Assembly (NCBI GenBank): GCA_001687465.1 | Contig: LVLI01000204.1 | Location: forward strand, 124,001 to 171,484 | DNA length: 47,484 bases | Direction of reading: 5' to 3' | Origin: Halocafeteria seosinensis | Taxonomy: Eukaryota | Shown: positions 35,628 through 46,927 of the stretch, piece after piece | Numbering within the stretch: the first letter of the stretch is position 1 | How the letters are laid out: every line of letters starts with the position of its first letter | Notes under the pieces: generated by a model | Told to the model about the DNA's origin: nothing | Databases searched by the model: none | What the model saw: the letters and a program-made list of their open reading frames with translations, nothing else | Program-made: the position numbers and the translations under genes

Positions 35628-36899
35628 ATGGCGTCGACTCAAGATTCCGAAGCGCACATTGACCTGCGCAGCAATGTGCTCTGTTTCGATAGGACTTCGG
35701 CAAGCGACCTACGCACATTTCCTAATTTTCAGGAATTGGAGGAAACATTTTGTGGGAAAATTATGATGCTGGACGGCAAGACCATCCCATCTTTGGCTAA
35801 AGGGAATATGTATCTGTGTGGAGACATAGGCAAGCTGCCGGTTCCAGACGAGGTGCAGGATGTGGGTGTGAACATTCTTATCGTGCGAGAATTCTCATGG
35901 AATTACGCAAGGGCAATGGACACTGAAATAGTCCAGGTAGTCGGAACGGGTAAAGTGCCGGTGCTTGTTCATCATGTTGGCGTACTTCTCCCACAGCTAT
36001 TTGAAACTGATACGAGTTTGTATGATCAGATAAAGTCAGAGCACAAATTCCAGACATTGACTGAGTCGAACAAGAAGTCTAACGCGTTTCGAAAGGGAAT
36101 TTACTTAAGTCCTGTGTCCCCCGATGACGCAAATACAAAACTGAATTTTCAGTTGCTACGGTGTTCAAGTAACCTTCAAGGACCAACTGAAAACTTTAGA
36201 CCAACAGACTCATGGATAGTAGAAAGAGTAAACGCAGTGTGCCGATCAGTGTTTTCAAATGCCGCGGAACTAAATCATGTGTTGGCTCAGGAGTACATCA
36301 ATCCTGAACCTAACAAGAAAGCTACGATTAAAGCGCATTCGGACAAGACAGAAGACATGCCTTCGAACGCGTTGATCGCTTTTGCTACATTTTATGACTC
36401 TTATCAAGGAGGACAGTTGTCGAAAGAGGGGGTACATCGCTCCCTCAGCGACCCATTTGACTGGTATTACGCAAAGTGCAGCGTATTAACGCGCCTGCAT
36501 TTTCGGCTTAAAGATCCTGAAACGTTCCCGCACCTCACCCGGCAATTTTCAGTGCAATTGTATCCGAACTCTGTTTTCTTGATTCCGTTATCAACGAACC
36601 GCCTGTACAGACACGAAATCCGCCCATCTTCTCTTGATTCGGAGAAGATTCCAGTGAGAATCGGGTACGTCATTCGCTCGTCTTGTCGACCAGCGTACTA
36701 TACCTATGACGAAGAGCAAACGTATATTTCGAAGCAAAGTGACGGTGGGCACGACATTCCGCTACGTGCGCCGACTGAAGAGGAAATGAATACACTCCGA
36801 GAATATTATCGAAAGGAAAACGTGGACACCAACCCAGTAGCGTATCCACCATTCGACTGGTCGTTCAACTTTGGAGACTTCATGAAACCGGTGAAGTAG
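35628..36899 (+). CDS. AlkB-like 2OG-Fe(II) dioxygenase, long form with N-terminal extension, intronless
   Basis: Motifs LNHVLAQEY, the HxD in KAHSDKTEDMP, distal His in YRHEIRP and the 2OG-binding RIGYVIR. Upstream conserved-looking block FQTLTESNK...RKGIYL...LLRCSSNL. Confidence 0.8.
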   Translation: MASTQDSEAHIDLRSNVLCFDRTSASDLRTFPNFQELEETFCGKIMMLDGKTIPSLAKGNMYLCGDIGKLPVPDEVQDVGVNILIVREFSWNYARAMDTEIVQVVGTGKVPVLVHHVGVLLPQLFETDTSLYDQIKSEHKFQTLTESNKKSNAFRKGIYLSPVSPDDANTKLNFQLLRCSSNLQGPTENFRPTDSWIVERVNAVCRSVFSNAAELNHVLAQEYINPEPNKKATIKAHSDKTEDMPSNALIAFATFYDSYQGGQLSKEGVHRSLSDPFDWYYAKCSVLTRLHFRLKDPETFPHLTRQFSVQLYPNSVFLIPLSTNRLYRHEIRPSSLDSEKIPVRIGYVIRSSCRPAYYTYDEEQTYISKQSDGGHDIPLRAPTEEEMNTLREYYRKENVDTNPVAYPPFDWSFNFGDFMKPVK

Positions 36900-37671
36900 G
36901 CTTTTGGAAGTCGTGTGGACTCAGCGTGTACGTGATCCCTGGTGGATATGTGAAGGCTTCCCGATTTTCCCGTCCCTTGAAACGAATGATCTCGCTTTTC
37001 TGTTCGTCATTTGCGAGCTGCAACTGGTGATTGGTAGCTTTAAACCGAGGAGTGCCCTCATTGTCGAAATAAATATACGTCTGTGAACATCGAAACGTTA
37101 ACCCTAGCCAACGACTGTTTGTACGAGGATCCGGCTGGATAATTTTATGCCTGTGATAACTGTTTACTTCAACAGAGAAGACAACCACGGTCATATGCTC
37201 AAGGCTGATATCCTGATAATTTTCGTTCGTGTCTCCATCTTTGTGCACGATACGAAGAATTCGAGGACTAGAAGATGGCTTATCATAGCAAGAAAAGATA
37301 GCAACGTAGCTAGATGGATCCAGATCTAACGCCTGGTCGGAATGGAATTTCATCTTGCGGGAATCGTCTGTGTACACTTCCGCCATGACGTTGTTAAGTG
37401 TCATCGTTGGGCCATCTACGGCGGAGTTGATGCAATCTCGAATACGATGGTGCAATTGAGAGAACTGTTGGGCAGGCTTCTGATACGCTGTCGTAGTGCG
37501 TACGATGGGGACATAATCGGTCTCTCCATCTTTTGCTACATCGACGAGGTTGGCTCCTTCGCGTCCTTTTCCTAGTTGCTCAAACCGTATCGATTCGTAG
37601 ACTTGAGTAAAGACATCCTTCGCCTCTCCTTGATCCCCAACGCTATCATCAATGATGTACTTTCGAAACAT
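36880..37671 (-). CDS. AlkB-like 2OG-Fe(II) dioxygenase, short form, intronless
   Basis: Motifs GKGREGA, PIVRTTT, LNNVMAEVY, the HxD in MKFHSDQALDL, distal His in YHRHKI and RWLGLTFR. Confidence 0.85.
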   Translation of the reverse strand: MFRKYIIDDSVGDQGEAKDVFTQVYESIRFEQLGKGREGANLVDVAKDGETDYVPIVRTTTAYQKPAQQFSQLHHRIRDCINSAVDGPTMTLNNVMAEVYTDDSRKMKFHSDQALDLDPSSYVAIFSCYDKPSSSPRILRIVHKDGDTNENYQDISLEHMTVVVFSVEVNSYHRHKIIQPDPRTNSRWLGLTFRCSQTYIYFDNEGTPRFKATNHQLQLANDEQKSEIIRFKGRENREAFTYPPGITYTLSPHDFQKPTSPVS

Positions 37672-38073
37672 TTTGTCTGATTATGCAATTCTAATCGCAC
37701 GTTCGTACACTGATCTCTTTACTATTTGCCGATTTCAGTTCCTCGAGCGTGTACGAAGTTTCACACAGCCGTACCACTCCCCTTTCCAAAATCGATATGG
37801 GTATCAAACCCTCCTATTTCTTGTTCCAGACCAGCAGCAGGGGTGATTTTCACTCAATGCCCTTTGTTTTCAACACTCTTATATTCGCTTTCGCTTGGTA
37901 CAATGCAGTAAGTTGATATCGCACTCAGTGGTAGAAAGTGTGCAATGAGCTTCACAATGAGCTTCACAAACGAGCAACCCAGAATGGTACACAACACACT
38001 GTGCATTACCGGGGTGTACTGTCGATGATCATAGATGATGGGAGTGTGTTACAGAGACTTGAGTGTGTAGAGA

Positions 38074-40707
38074 ATGAACTCGTCGACGACCGCAGTCATC
38101 ATCGAAAAAAGCCCGGAAGCTTCATACGCACTGCATGAAGTGCCCGAGGTTCGGCACCATCAAACTGATTCAGGCGCACATTTCAACGATGAAGCCCAAC
38201 AGGGTGTTGCTCATAGCCCTTTGGTGGCCAAGATGTCGTTCCGAAGCCATGCCATTGCGGCTATGTCGAATATAAGCCGGATTCATCAGAGACTACTGCT
38301 GCCGCGAGGTGACAAGTTCGTGCTACTCCATGAACACAATGGAATTCTGGCAAAGATAGACGCTGACAGTACTCAACAAGAGCCATCAGCTCCGTCCAGT
38401 TCGACATCTGAAAGTCATTTGGAGGGGCAAAATCAAAAGCCCCGGATATTAGCTGCTTTGGCCGAGACCTCCGAGTTCATGGATCCCCTCCAAAGCATCA
38501 AAAGCAGTAATCAATGCGATAAACAAACAGTACTCCGGATTTTGCAATCAGGTTTCAAGTCGTGGATCAGCGATGTATTGGAATGCACTGAACGTCGGGA
38601 CCTACACTTGCTCATCTATCACACTGGACTTTCTTCGTCCGATGTGGAGACAACAATCAATCAGACGGTGCCTCAGGGCTGCACTTTCTCGGATGCTACA
38701 AATAGTGCAGACGAGACTGCAAATTTAGTGGGATACTTAGTCGTGGATTTTATCTCGTTGGTAGAGGACGGCTACAACGCGGAGGTGGAGAATGTTTCTG
38801 AGTACATGATGTTGCTAGCAGACGGCCGGAAGGTACTTCTCTCGCAGCGGTGGCATGTTGTTCAAGCACGAGAGGTGTCCCATTTTTCTACTACAATGTT
38901 TACGTCCCGTCATGGAATTTTGCGGTATAAACTTCAAACACCGTCATTTCCTTGTCAAGACGAATTGCTCACTGAGCCTCACTCATCTTTTCTCAGCCTA
39001 CGAAGAGTTGCGTGGCCTGCGGACGATTCGTACCCTCTCTCACCCTCTCGATTCGATGTCGTGTTTCCAGACAGAGCACAGAAACTTCGGCGAGAGTTTG
39101 ATGTTTCTAACATAGGGGAGAGACTGATAGATGCTTTTGATGCGCTAGACATACCATGTATAGGTGTACGCCGCGCGGCGTTCTTGAAAACCGACAGTAC
39201 GTTTAGAGAACTTGTTGCGGAGAATGAAGAGGCGATCCCGACCGTAGATGAACATGGTAATCTTGAGAAGCTGCTTGTGTACCATATAGGAGGACAGCTG
39301 TGTCTTCATGATGTGGAGAAACTCAGCGAAAAACGATATATTTCACTTCCTCAGCATATGGCCGACAGTCAACGGAGTGAAACGACAACGCACATGCCTC
39401 AAGAGTTTGCGAGGAAATGTGCTTACTATGCCGCACAAGATGATCTCAAAGACGTGAGAGTCTCCGCGTTTGTACGACTCGTCTTTGCCAACGCTCTGGG
39501 TACCAGCAACAAGACTTCTGGCCGATCGTCTGTACGAACTCTCAGCGGAGAGCCTCAAGAAAACCTATTCCAGCTACAGCTTGGTCAGTGTTACCGGAGG
39601 TTCGGTTATGTATCGAGTGGCGTCTCTGTAGGACTATCAAACAAGAATGAGAACTCTCTATGCAAGCCCCCAACAGGACCTATCGAACCGAATTTCTCTA
39701 TCCGGGCTCGAGGGTTTCATTCTGTTGTTGACCCACCTCTTCTCGTAGAATACGAAAGCAGGAAGGAAAACAAAGTTTCTACGAAAGGGAGTATAACAGC
39801 CGCCATAAAGCCAAATTTCGAATGTGGAATTACGCATGTGTCCGTAGTAGACTACTTCCAAGAAATTGGCGTCGTCACTGTCCCTACTACAGGACGCATG
39901 GAACTGCTCACGCGCTGGTTTCCGGTTCATCATTCGGAGGACCTGCTCTGGGGTCTACCCCAAGGGGAATCTCAGGGGATATCGACGAGATCCTTACAGG
40001 CACTATACCAAGATGGGGATCATACCCAGTATATGAGAGAGTCCTCTGAGGAGCGACAGTCCTCCACGAGGAGAACTCGCGGAGGTAGAGTAGTGAAGCG
40101 CACTGGCACTATCGATTCTTCGTCGTTCTCCGCTGTAGACGAAGGAGATCTCTTGGAACGAAGGAATGCACTGATAGCCAACTTCCAAGCAGAGGCAGCG
40201 ACCCTTTTTGACTACCTTGTTAAGTCAAAATTGTCTACGGAGGAGCAGAACGAGTTACTGACAAAAGTTGAGGATATTCATGATCGCTACCTGTATCCGC
40301 AACTACCACCCATGAACTCCAATAATCAAGAGAATTTCCAGAATGATTTATTCCAGGGTATTGATCGGAAAACAGCAAACATGGCAGGTTGGTCCATGAG
40401 TGATTTAACAGGTAGCGCCATCATAGGGAATGATCTAGCTCCTACTGCTACACATCTGTGGTGGGCATTTGTCAAATCATGTTCCTCGTTCCAATATCAT
40501 TCTCCTGGCCATAAGCAAGTCGTTGAACAACTGGAAAAAATTGGGTCAGACTATTATTCTGGATCGACGAACGGTCAACCAACTGTGTTGCGAGCTGCTG
40601 GCGGTCCGTTGGTAAAACCTTCCCCTTGGATTGGTGGTGACGGCAGCGGTAGAGATATAGCTCTCCATCTCACGAAGACTGAAACAAAACCTGCACGCAA
40701 ACGTTGA
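38074..40707 (+). CDS. 877-aa hypothetical protein, intronless
   Basis: Long uninterrupted ORF with globular composition. No family recognised. Confidence 0.7.
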   Translation: MNSSTTAVIIEKSPEASYALHEVPEVRHHQTDSGAHFNDEAQQGVAHSPLVAKMSFRSHAIAAMSNISRIHQRLLLPRGDKFVLLHEHNGILAKIDADSTQQEPSAPSSSTSESHLEGQNQKPRILAALAETSEFMDPLQSIKSSNQCDKQTVLRILQSGFKSWISDVLECTERRDLHLLIYHTGLSSSDVETTINQTVPQGCTFSDATNSADETANLVGYLVVDFISLVEDGYNAEVENVSEYMMLLADGRKVLLSQRWHVVQAREVSHFSTTMFTSRHGILRYKLQTPSFPCQDELLTEPHSSFLSLRRVAWPADDSYPLSPSRFDVVFPDRAQKLRREFDVSNIGERLIDAFDALDIPCIGVRRAAFLKTDSTFRELVAENEEAIPTVDEHGNLEKLLVYHIGGQLCLHDVEKLSEKRYISLPQHMADSQRSETTTHMPQEFARKCAYYAAQDDLKDVRVSAFVRLVFANALGTSNKTSGRSSVRTLSGEPQENLFQLQLGQCYRRFGYVSSGVSVGLSNKNENSLCKPPTGPIEPNFSIRARGFHSVVDPPLLVEYESRKENKVSTKGSITAAIKPNFECGITHVSVVDYFQEIGVVTVPTTGRMELLTRWFPVHHSEDLLWGLPQGESQGISTRSLQALYQDGDHTQYMRESSEERQSSTRRTRGGRVVKRTGTIDSSSFSAVDEGDLLERRNALIANFQAEAATLFDYLVKSKLSTEEQNELLTKVEDIHDRYLYPQLPPMNSNNQENFQNDLFQGIDRKTANMAGWSMSDLTGSAIIGNDLAPTATHLWWAFVKSCSSFQYHSPGHKQVVEQLEKIGSDYYSGSTNGQPTVLRAAGGPLVKPSPWIGGDGSGRDIALHLTKTETKPARKR

Positions 40708-40709
40708 TA

Positions 40710-42521
40710 CTAGTCTTCCTCTTTTCGCTGCTTCTCTGTCAAGAGACGCTTCTGGTCGCGCCTGCAAAGCTCTTTCTCTCGAAAAACGTATATGGGCGAC
40801 TCAACACAGAATTCCTTCCACTTTTCTGCATTCATGGCCATATTATCTACTCGATCGGTTTGAGGAACATTCCAAGGTTTCACATCTATAGGTGGAATAT
40901 ATCCTTTCCGCGTTCTCCGATAAAAATCTACCGAGCTGATCTTCTTCCGTCGCCACAGCTCTCGCCTCATTCGTGCCCTTGCTTTTCGCTCAAAAGATTT
41001 TGGCGTCATCATAGTTTCCGGATACTCATCAAAAAACCGGGTGTCCTGGATATGGTTCACGTTGGGAATATAAGGCGGTCGTAGCCATCGCCTTCTAACA
41101 CTATTCCAGTCTACCCCGAGGAACCATGGATGTGATCTTATGGCTTTTCCAGTCTTCAGGCGATCACCAATTGCAGGTTTCAATAGAGAGCGAACAAGAT
41201 TTTTCGCGTTGCGAGTCAATACAAATTGCGGCATAGGGACCTTCTGCGTTGTCCTGATCCGTGTATAGATGTCGTAGGCGGTCTGCTTATCACCACCGAA
41301 GGGTAAATTCCCTGTGAGCAGCTCGTACAGAAGACACCCTAGTGCCCACCAATCGACGATTTCAGTGTATCCCCTAATAACAGAGTCTTTATGGAGCATC
41401 TGCAAGCGAATCAGAATGAGTTACTATCTTGACCACCGAAGAGAACGTGCATGAACATACCTCTGGTGCCAGGTATGAACGAGTTCCAATGCTAGTATAC
41501 GCCCGGCCATCGTTCGTTTTCTTTGTTGCGGTGCCGAAGTCCACGAGAGCGACGTGGCCCTGCAAATCACAAGGACTTCTGTTCCTCTTAGTGGGCAAGG
41601 AATCTTATAGTTACTAACCTCGGCATCTATCATTACATTTTCTAGCTTCAAATCACGGTATATATAACCTTTCTTATGAATTGCTTCGATGCAGACGACA
41701 AGCTCCGCTATGTAGAACTTCGCTTCGTCTTCATCTAGCACATTCTTGGGACGATGGTTGAGCAACCTAAAGAGTTCACCTGATTAACAATTCAAACATT
41801 GACTCGTCAGAAAGAATGCACAAGCAATAAGAGGTTGATTGTGCCGCATACCTCCTATACAGAATTCTAATGCCAGTCCAGCAACATCCTTTGTCTGAAT
41901 CGCTCCTTTGAACCTTACGACGAAGGGACATTGTTGTAAGTCCATCAGTGCTTTCTGAAAAGCAATGATACAAGATTTCACCTAATGTCAATAGCAACTG
42001 CGGTAAAATTAGAACATACTCTCTCATTCATGAACATGGCCGCTGAAGAGATGTGTTTATACACGTGTTTAACCGAGTATGTATCTTCCGGATGGTAACG
42101 ACGTTGCATGAGGTAGACGAAAGCGTATCCTCCAATACCAATGAGTTTCTTTTTCTCCAAAGTTTCATATCGGATAACTTCTGCAGAGTCCCTTATTTAA
42201 TAGCATTAAAAATCAAATTCTGTTTGTATTTAAGGCTTTTCACTTACGACTTGCTCCTTGGTCCTGCCATACACTTCCAGAGGGGTTGTGTGGGTCGATT
42301 CCACCTTCCGCATTCTTGGCTCGGCTAGAAGAGAGCGATTGCAAACGGGTTGGAGAGTATGAAGCAAGGTCTTTGCTATGTTCAGTTAGGAAAATACTCT
42401 CTCCGTATTCATTTTCTGTAGTCTCATCCAACACGGCTGTCGGGAGCTCTTGAGCAGCAATCTCCTCAGGGCTGTAGAAGTCGAGTTGGTAGCTCGTTTG
42501 CTTTGCCACTGTTGAGCCCAT
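40710..42521 (-). CDS. AGC-group (PKA/PRKX-like) protein kinase, possibly N-myristoylated
   Basis: Multi-exon. Starts MGSTVAK. Motifs [44 protein letters not shown] and the AGC tail PPYIP...[10 protein letters not shown]. Confidence 0.9.
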
Positions 42522-43290
42522 TTTTCACTCCTGGAAATTGATGAACGTCAAACGTCTAAACAAGCCTTTTTTTTTGTAAACGCTGCAATACGGGCTACAA
42601 AATGTAATGTTATCGGCAAAGTCCGTCGGTTAACGCTTTCGTAAAACTCTACGGGGTTCAACAGACAATACACGAGTTTTTACAACGAGCACTTCAATAC
42701 AATATTAGACCAGTAGGCACTCCCGATTTCGTCTGCCATAGAATGCAAAATAACAAAACCTTAAACCTGGACAGGTTTTGGCGAGGTTCTGAGGCAACAA
42801 CATACGAGTCCCACTTCAACAAACCTTGGCAGGTGTTACATCTGAGGTGTACCAAGTTATAACTGAGGTCTAGGATAGCACCAACCTGTTTCAGTTCAAT
42901 ATGTGGTCGTATCGGCGCATGCGTGCTATTGACAGGCGCATTCGTTTCCTCTTGTCTTTACAAAAACGCGCAAGTAAAGGGGTGGATATATCTACCGTAC
43001 AAGATGTGATCGTTGATTTTGAGGATAGCACTGATTCCTATTGATGTGCGCCTATGGCAGAAAATGCGCTCTGTTTTACTCGACAGTTATCACTGTTTTA
43101 GTTCACCGTTCGGATGCTCACTAATGATTGGGCCGACTAAGCCGAGAATATGACTGCCGTACAGCCTACGTCATAAACAAGCGATGCTTAAGACGTTTGC
43201 GGGCCTCAGCCGGGACCGGAAAGACTGCTTAATCAGTATCTGCAAGAGTTACTGCCCTCTGGATCGATCTTAGGAAGACGGATAACGTTT

Positions 43291-44241
43291 CTATCGTTCG
43301 CCCATAGCATCCAAATGTTGCTCCTGCTCTCGTGCCCATAGTTCGCTTTGTCGCAAGGGATGCTGTAACTCGGGATCCTCATATTTGTGCGACAGGCCTC
43401 TGTTTTCCAAGAGTTTCTCGCGCCTTTGTCTCCTTAGCTTTTGCAGGTTTTCGTATTCCACTTCTAATCCCGGAAATGTTTTTTCTGTCGCATCCTTGGG
43501 ATCTGTATCTAAGTAACTAGTTTCTGCACCCAGCGTAGCCAAGGACAAATGCAAACATCAATGAGTTAAGCTTTCCTCTTTCTAAATGGGAATTGCTGTG
43601 AACCCCTACCTGTAGGTCGAGGACGGCTCCTCTCTTTTATCATATCAGGGTATTGTATCACTGACCCAGATCGCTTCGCTACTCTAACTTTTCGTCCATC
43701 ATCTTGGAAGCGTATCGCGACCCTCGTTGGTCTCCTGTCGGAAAGAGACATATCAAGGTAAACATTGGGCGAAATACTGGCAAGCTCATCCAATACTCAC
43801 TTTGTAACAGGGTCAACAAGATTCACGTTCGAGTAATGAATGGGTGCTTCTGCTTTGTACATTCCCCCGGGCTGAGTTTCCGAAGGTGCCGCTATGCGAT
43901 AATTCTGAATCGCCAAAGCATAACAGTGTGAATTTAGTCCAATACAAAATCGCGGGGAGATTCATTCTGGAAGAGGCAAAACATACCATAAAAGCACCCT
44001 CAATGAACAATCGATGGCGTTTTCGGTCCACTTTGGTCACTTTTCCCTGCTTCCCTCGGTCCTTTCCTTGCAATATTTCCACCGTATCTCCTCGCACAAT
44101 GTGCCAATGTTTGATGGGGTACTTGGTCTGCTTTATTCGACGACGTCTATTACGTAAAATACGCTTATAATTGAGAGCCATGCTCTGGGCCCAATTCCGA
44201 AGAGGGGCAAACCCTGCTCCAGCTCCTCCTGCGCCTGACAT
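43291..44241 (-). CDS. MRPL24: Mitochondrial ribosomal protein uL24m
   Basis: KOW motif WHIVRGDTVEILQGKDRGKQGKV, followed by DDGRKVRVAKRSGSVI and DTDPKDATEKTF. Several introns. Confidence 0.9.
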
Positions 44242-44592
44242 CTTGCCCGTCTTTTCGCCCACCCAGTTCAATAAGGTCTATGATACCAAGTGGAACGTCA
44301 AAAACAAGCATCATACATCATTAAGGCTACCGTAATTGGACCCAATACAGCTGCCTGGGGAACATCCCCTTAAACGAACAATCTTTTCGGCGACCTAATC
44401 ATGAACCGTCATCCAATCGTGCCTGTTCGGTGGGTAGAGTAGACCTACGCGGAAGACACCAGGAAGTTTTGAAAGACTTGCGCGAGTAATATTGAACTAT
44501 CTACAAAGTTTAACACGATTAGGGCCTTAGCAGCTAAGCATTTCGAACAGTTTGTGTCCAAGCAGCTAAATAGGCCAACTCGGTCTGACCAA

Positions 44593-45807
44593 TTACCGAA
44601 TGAGCCGGGCCTTACCTCTTCCGGGTCTTTTCGGTTTCTTCGCAATCTTTGGCTCTTCCGTAGGCTCACCCTGTGGAGTCGAACTGCCACCATCCTGCGT
44701 AGGTCCGTTCTCCACTTTGCTGGGAAACAGATCTGCTAGTTCATCTTCGTCAAAAGCCTGGATATGCTTGGTGACCGTAAGATCTTTGTGCTTGAGTTTT
44801 TCCGTCAATGAAGCTTTACCAGTGGAAAGTATCATCTTAGACCTTGCATGGAGCGTATCGGGGCAGTATTGAATCAGATCTGCAGACAAAAGATAAAAGT
44901 GCTGGTGGCGTGTGTCCGCCGAGGAAACATTCGCACAAGAGTTCCTTACATAACGCATCTGTACCCTCTGTATCATCCGGAGACCTAATAAGCATGTAAT
45001 ATCCTTTGTCCTTATCGATGATTGACTCTTTAACGATTCGATTTATAGCGTCCTTCGCACTTTCGGCTCCTACCGAAACGAGAAAGAATTTCTGTTTATC
45101 ATTTTCGACAGCGATTACGGCATGGTTGCTTTTCTTTTCCTTGATGGATACAAGGGATTCCGCGAGAGAAGCTTCCATTCCATACTCCACTACGTTCATG
45201 GCCGAAGACGACGAATTCCGAGACATCCCAGAGTTCATTCTCTGATAACAAGAAGACACTACCAAATAAACTAGGTTACACTACCATGCTGCGGAAAATG
45301 TTGACTTACTTCCTCTTGTTTGATCCTTTCACGTTGAGTGAGCAATGATGTTGGCGTTGCTGTGCTATTGGATTCCTTCCATTCTGTGAATGCTTCATAA
45401 GTCATCTCGTCCGCTTCAGTAGCCTGATAGTCCTTCGAGAACCAAGAGTTACCCAGCTCTTTCTTGAGACCCTCTTTGGCTGTGGGATACAGCATCTTCA
45501 GTTTAGGCTTAGTTGAATCAGTCGGGACAAAAGTGATGAAAGTCCAAAACTCGGAATCTGAATCCCGTAGCACAAAAAAGCAAGGACCGTAAATGCCGTT
45601 CTGTGTACTCGCCTCCAACATATCTTGGAACTCTTGCTTCCCATCCTCCTTTGGCGTACCCGTTTCGCCTAGCTCTATCGTCTCATTGGGCCCATTGATA
45701 ATGAACTGTATCCATCTGTGGCGGTGTTCTCTTGTGCTGCATGCCTCTCGGAACGTCGTTCGGACAGCTTCTTGGATGTCCAAGGTCGGTCCATGTCCTC
45801 CAGACAT
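44593..45807 (-). CDS. TWF: Twinfilin (two ADF-H domains plus basic tail)
   Basis: Motifs FITFVP...KLKMLYPTAKEGLKKELG, LLTQRERIK, YCPD...KMILSTGK and the tail KKPKRPGRGKARL. Introns at 45309-45242 and about 44949-44880. Confidence 0.88.
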
Positions 45808-46067
45808 GATAATCCTCTATCACTCTAAGCCCTTGCGTGATGGTAGATAGAAACTAAGTAACACAGAGACGAGTCTATCAAAGGTACAAACCACGCGAAA
45901 TCGACAATCGCGACACAGCGAGGAAGGCTTCCGCTCTGGCTCTCAACGTTGAAGTTACGACGCCAGTGCACAATGACCACGACCATGAAGACTCAAAGTT
46001 TTGGTTTGCAATACATGTAGCAAGCGTTTAGGAGCATGGACTCACTGGTTCGCGTGAGGAGCTTTAG

Positions 46068-46927
46068 ATGCTGCAATTTGGACGAGCGATTGGGAAGCGG
46101 CTGCAACTCCAATTCCAAGGTGGAATCGTAAGGGCACTATGGTTGTACCCATGGCGATTCCAAGGGGCAAAGTACTCAATAGATTCGGATAGCTCCAGTG
46201 ATGAGGAGGAAAGCGTCCGTCAGGAAGCGCGAGGCTCGGCAAAATATCTAGGTCGAGTGTATCCGCGGGGACCAGCGAATGATGCGTACGACAATGAGAT
46301 TATGAGCCTAGCGTTGGAATTAGCAAGAGAGTGTTTTGAAAAAGACGAAGTTCCTATAGGAGCCATTATACTGAATCATAAGGGAAAAGTACGTTTCAAC
46401 ATGCTGCATCGTGATGTGAAGACTCAAAGCATGTTGCCCGATAAAGCAGGTCATTGGTGCTGCGAGGAACCACCAACAAGGAGCTCATGATACCCTTGCA
46501 CATGCTGAAATGAATGCACTGAACGTAAGTATGCTTACGTGATAGTTTCCACGAGGTGAATTTTGATTTGAAGGTGTGCAGGTTGCTCGTCGATACACGA
46601 ATGCTTCCCGGCTAGATGGGTGTCGCTTGTATTGCACTGTAGAACCATGCATAATGTGTTTTGGTGCTTGCCTACTGCATCATATCGACGAAGTTATATA
46701 TGGAGCATCTAGTCCAGTGTTTGGTGCATGTGGCAGCAGTGTGGATGTGCAGAGGACTGAATCATCCCTCAATCACAGGTAGGTAGCTGCTGAAACAATT
46801 GAGCGTGTCAAGACTACCTGCATGAGAGTTATCTTAACGCAGAATTACTGTACGCGGGGGTGTTATGGAGGAAGAGTGCTCTTCCCTCATGAAAGAATTC
46901 TTTAAAAAAAAGCGACAAAAGTGCTGA
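46068..46927 (+). CDS. tadA: tRNA adenosine-34 deaminase, bacterial TadA type, with predicted organellar presequence
   Basis: Four exons give EVPIGAII, AHAEMNAL, LYCTVEPCIMCFGA, YGASSPVFGACGS and GVMEEECSSLMKEFFK. The N-terminus is Arg-rich and lacks acidic residues. Confidence 0.85.

Noticed and set aside
42540..43290. Intergenic stretch with repeated CTGAGG and short hairpins as a possible snoRNA or other ncRNA
   Set aside because: No convincing C/D box pair with a terminal stem and no recognisable RNA family by eye. An Rfam scan would be needed.
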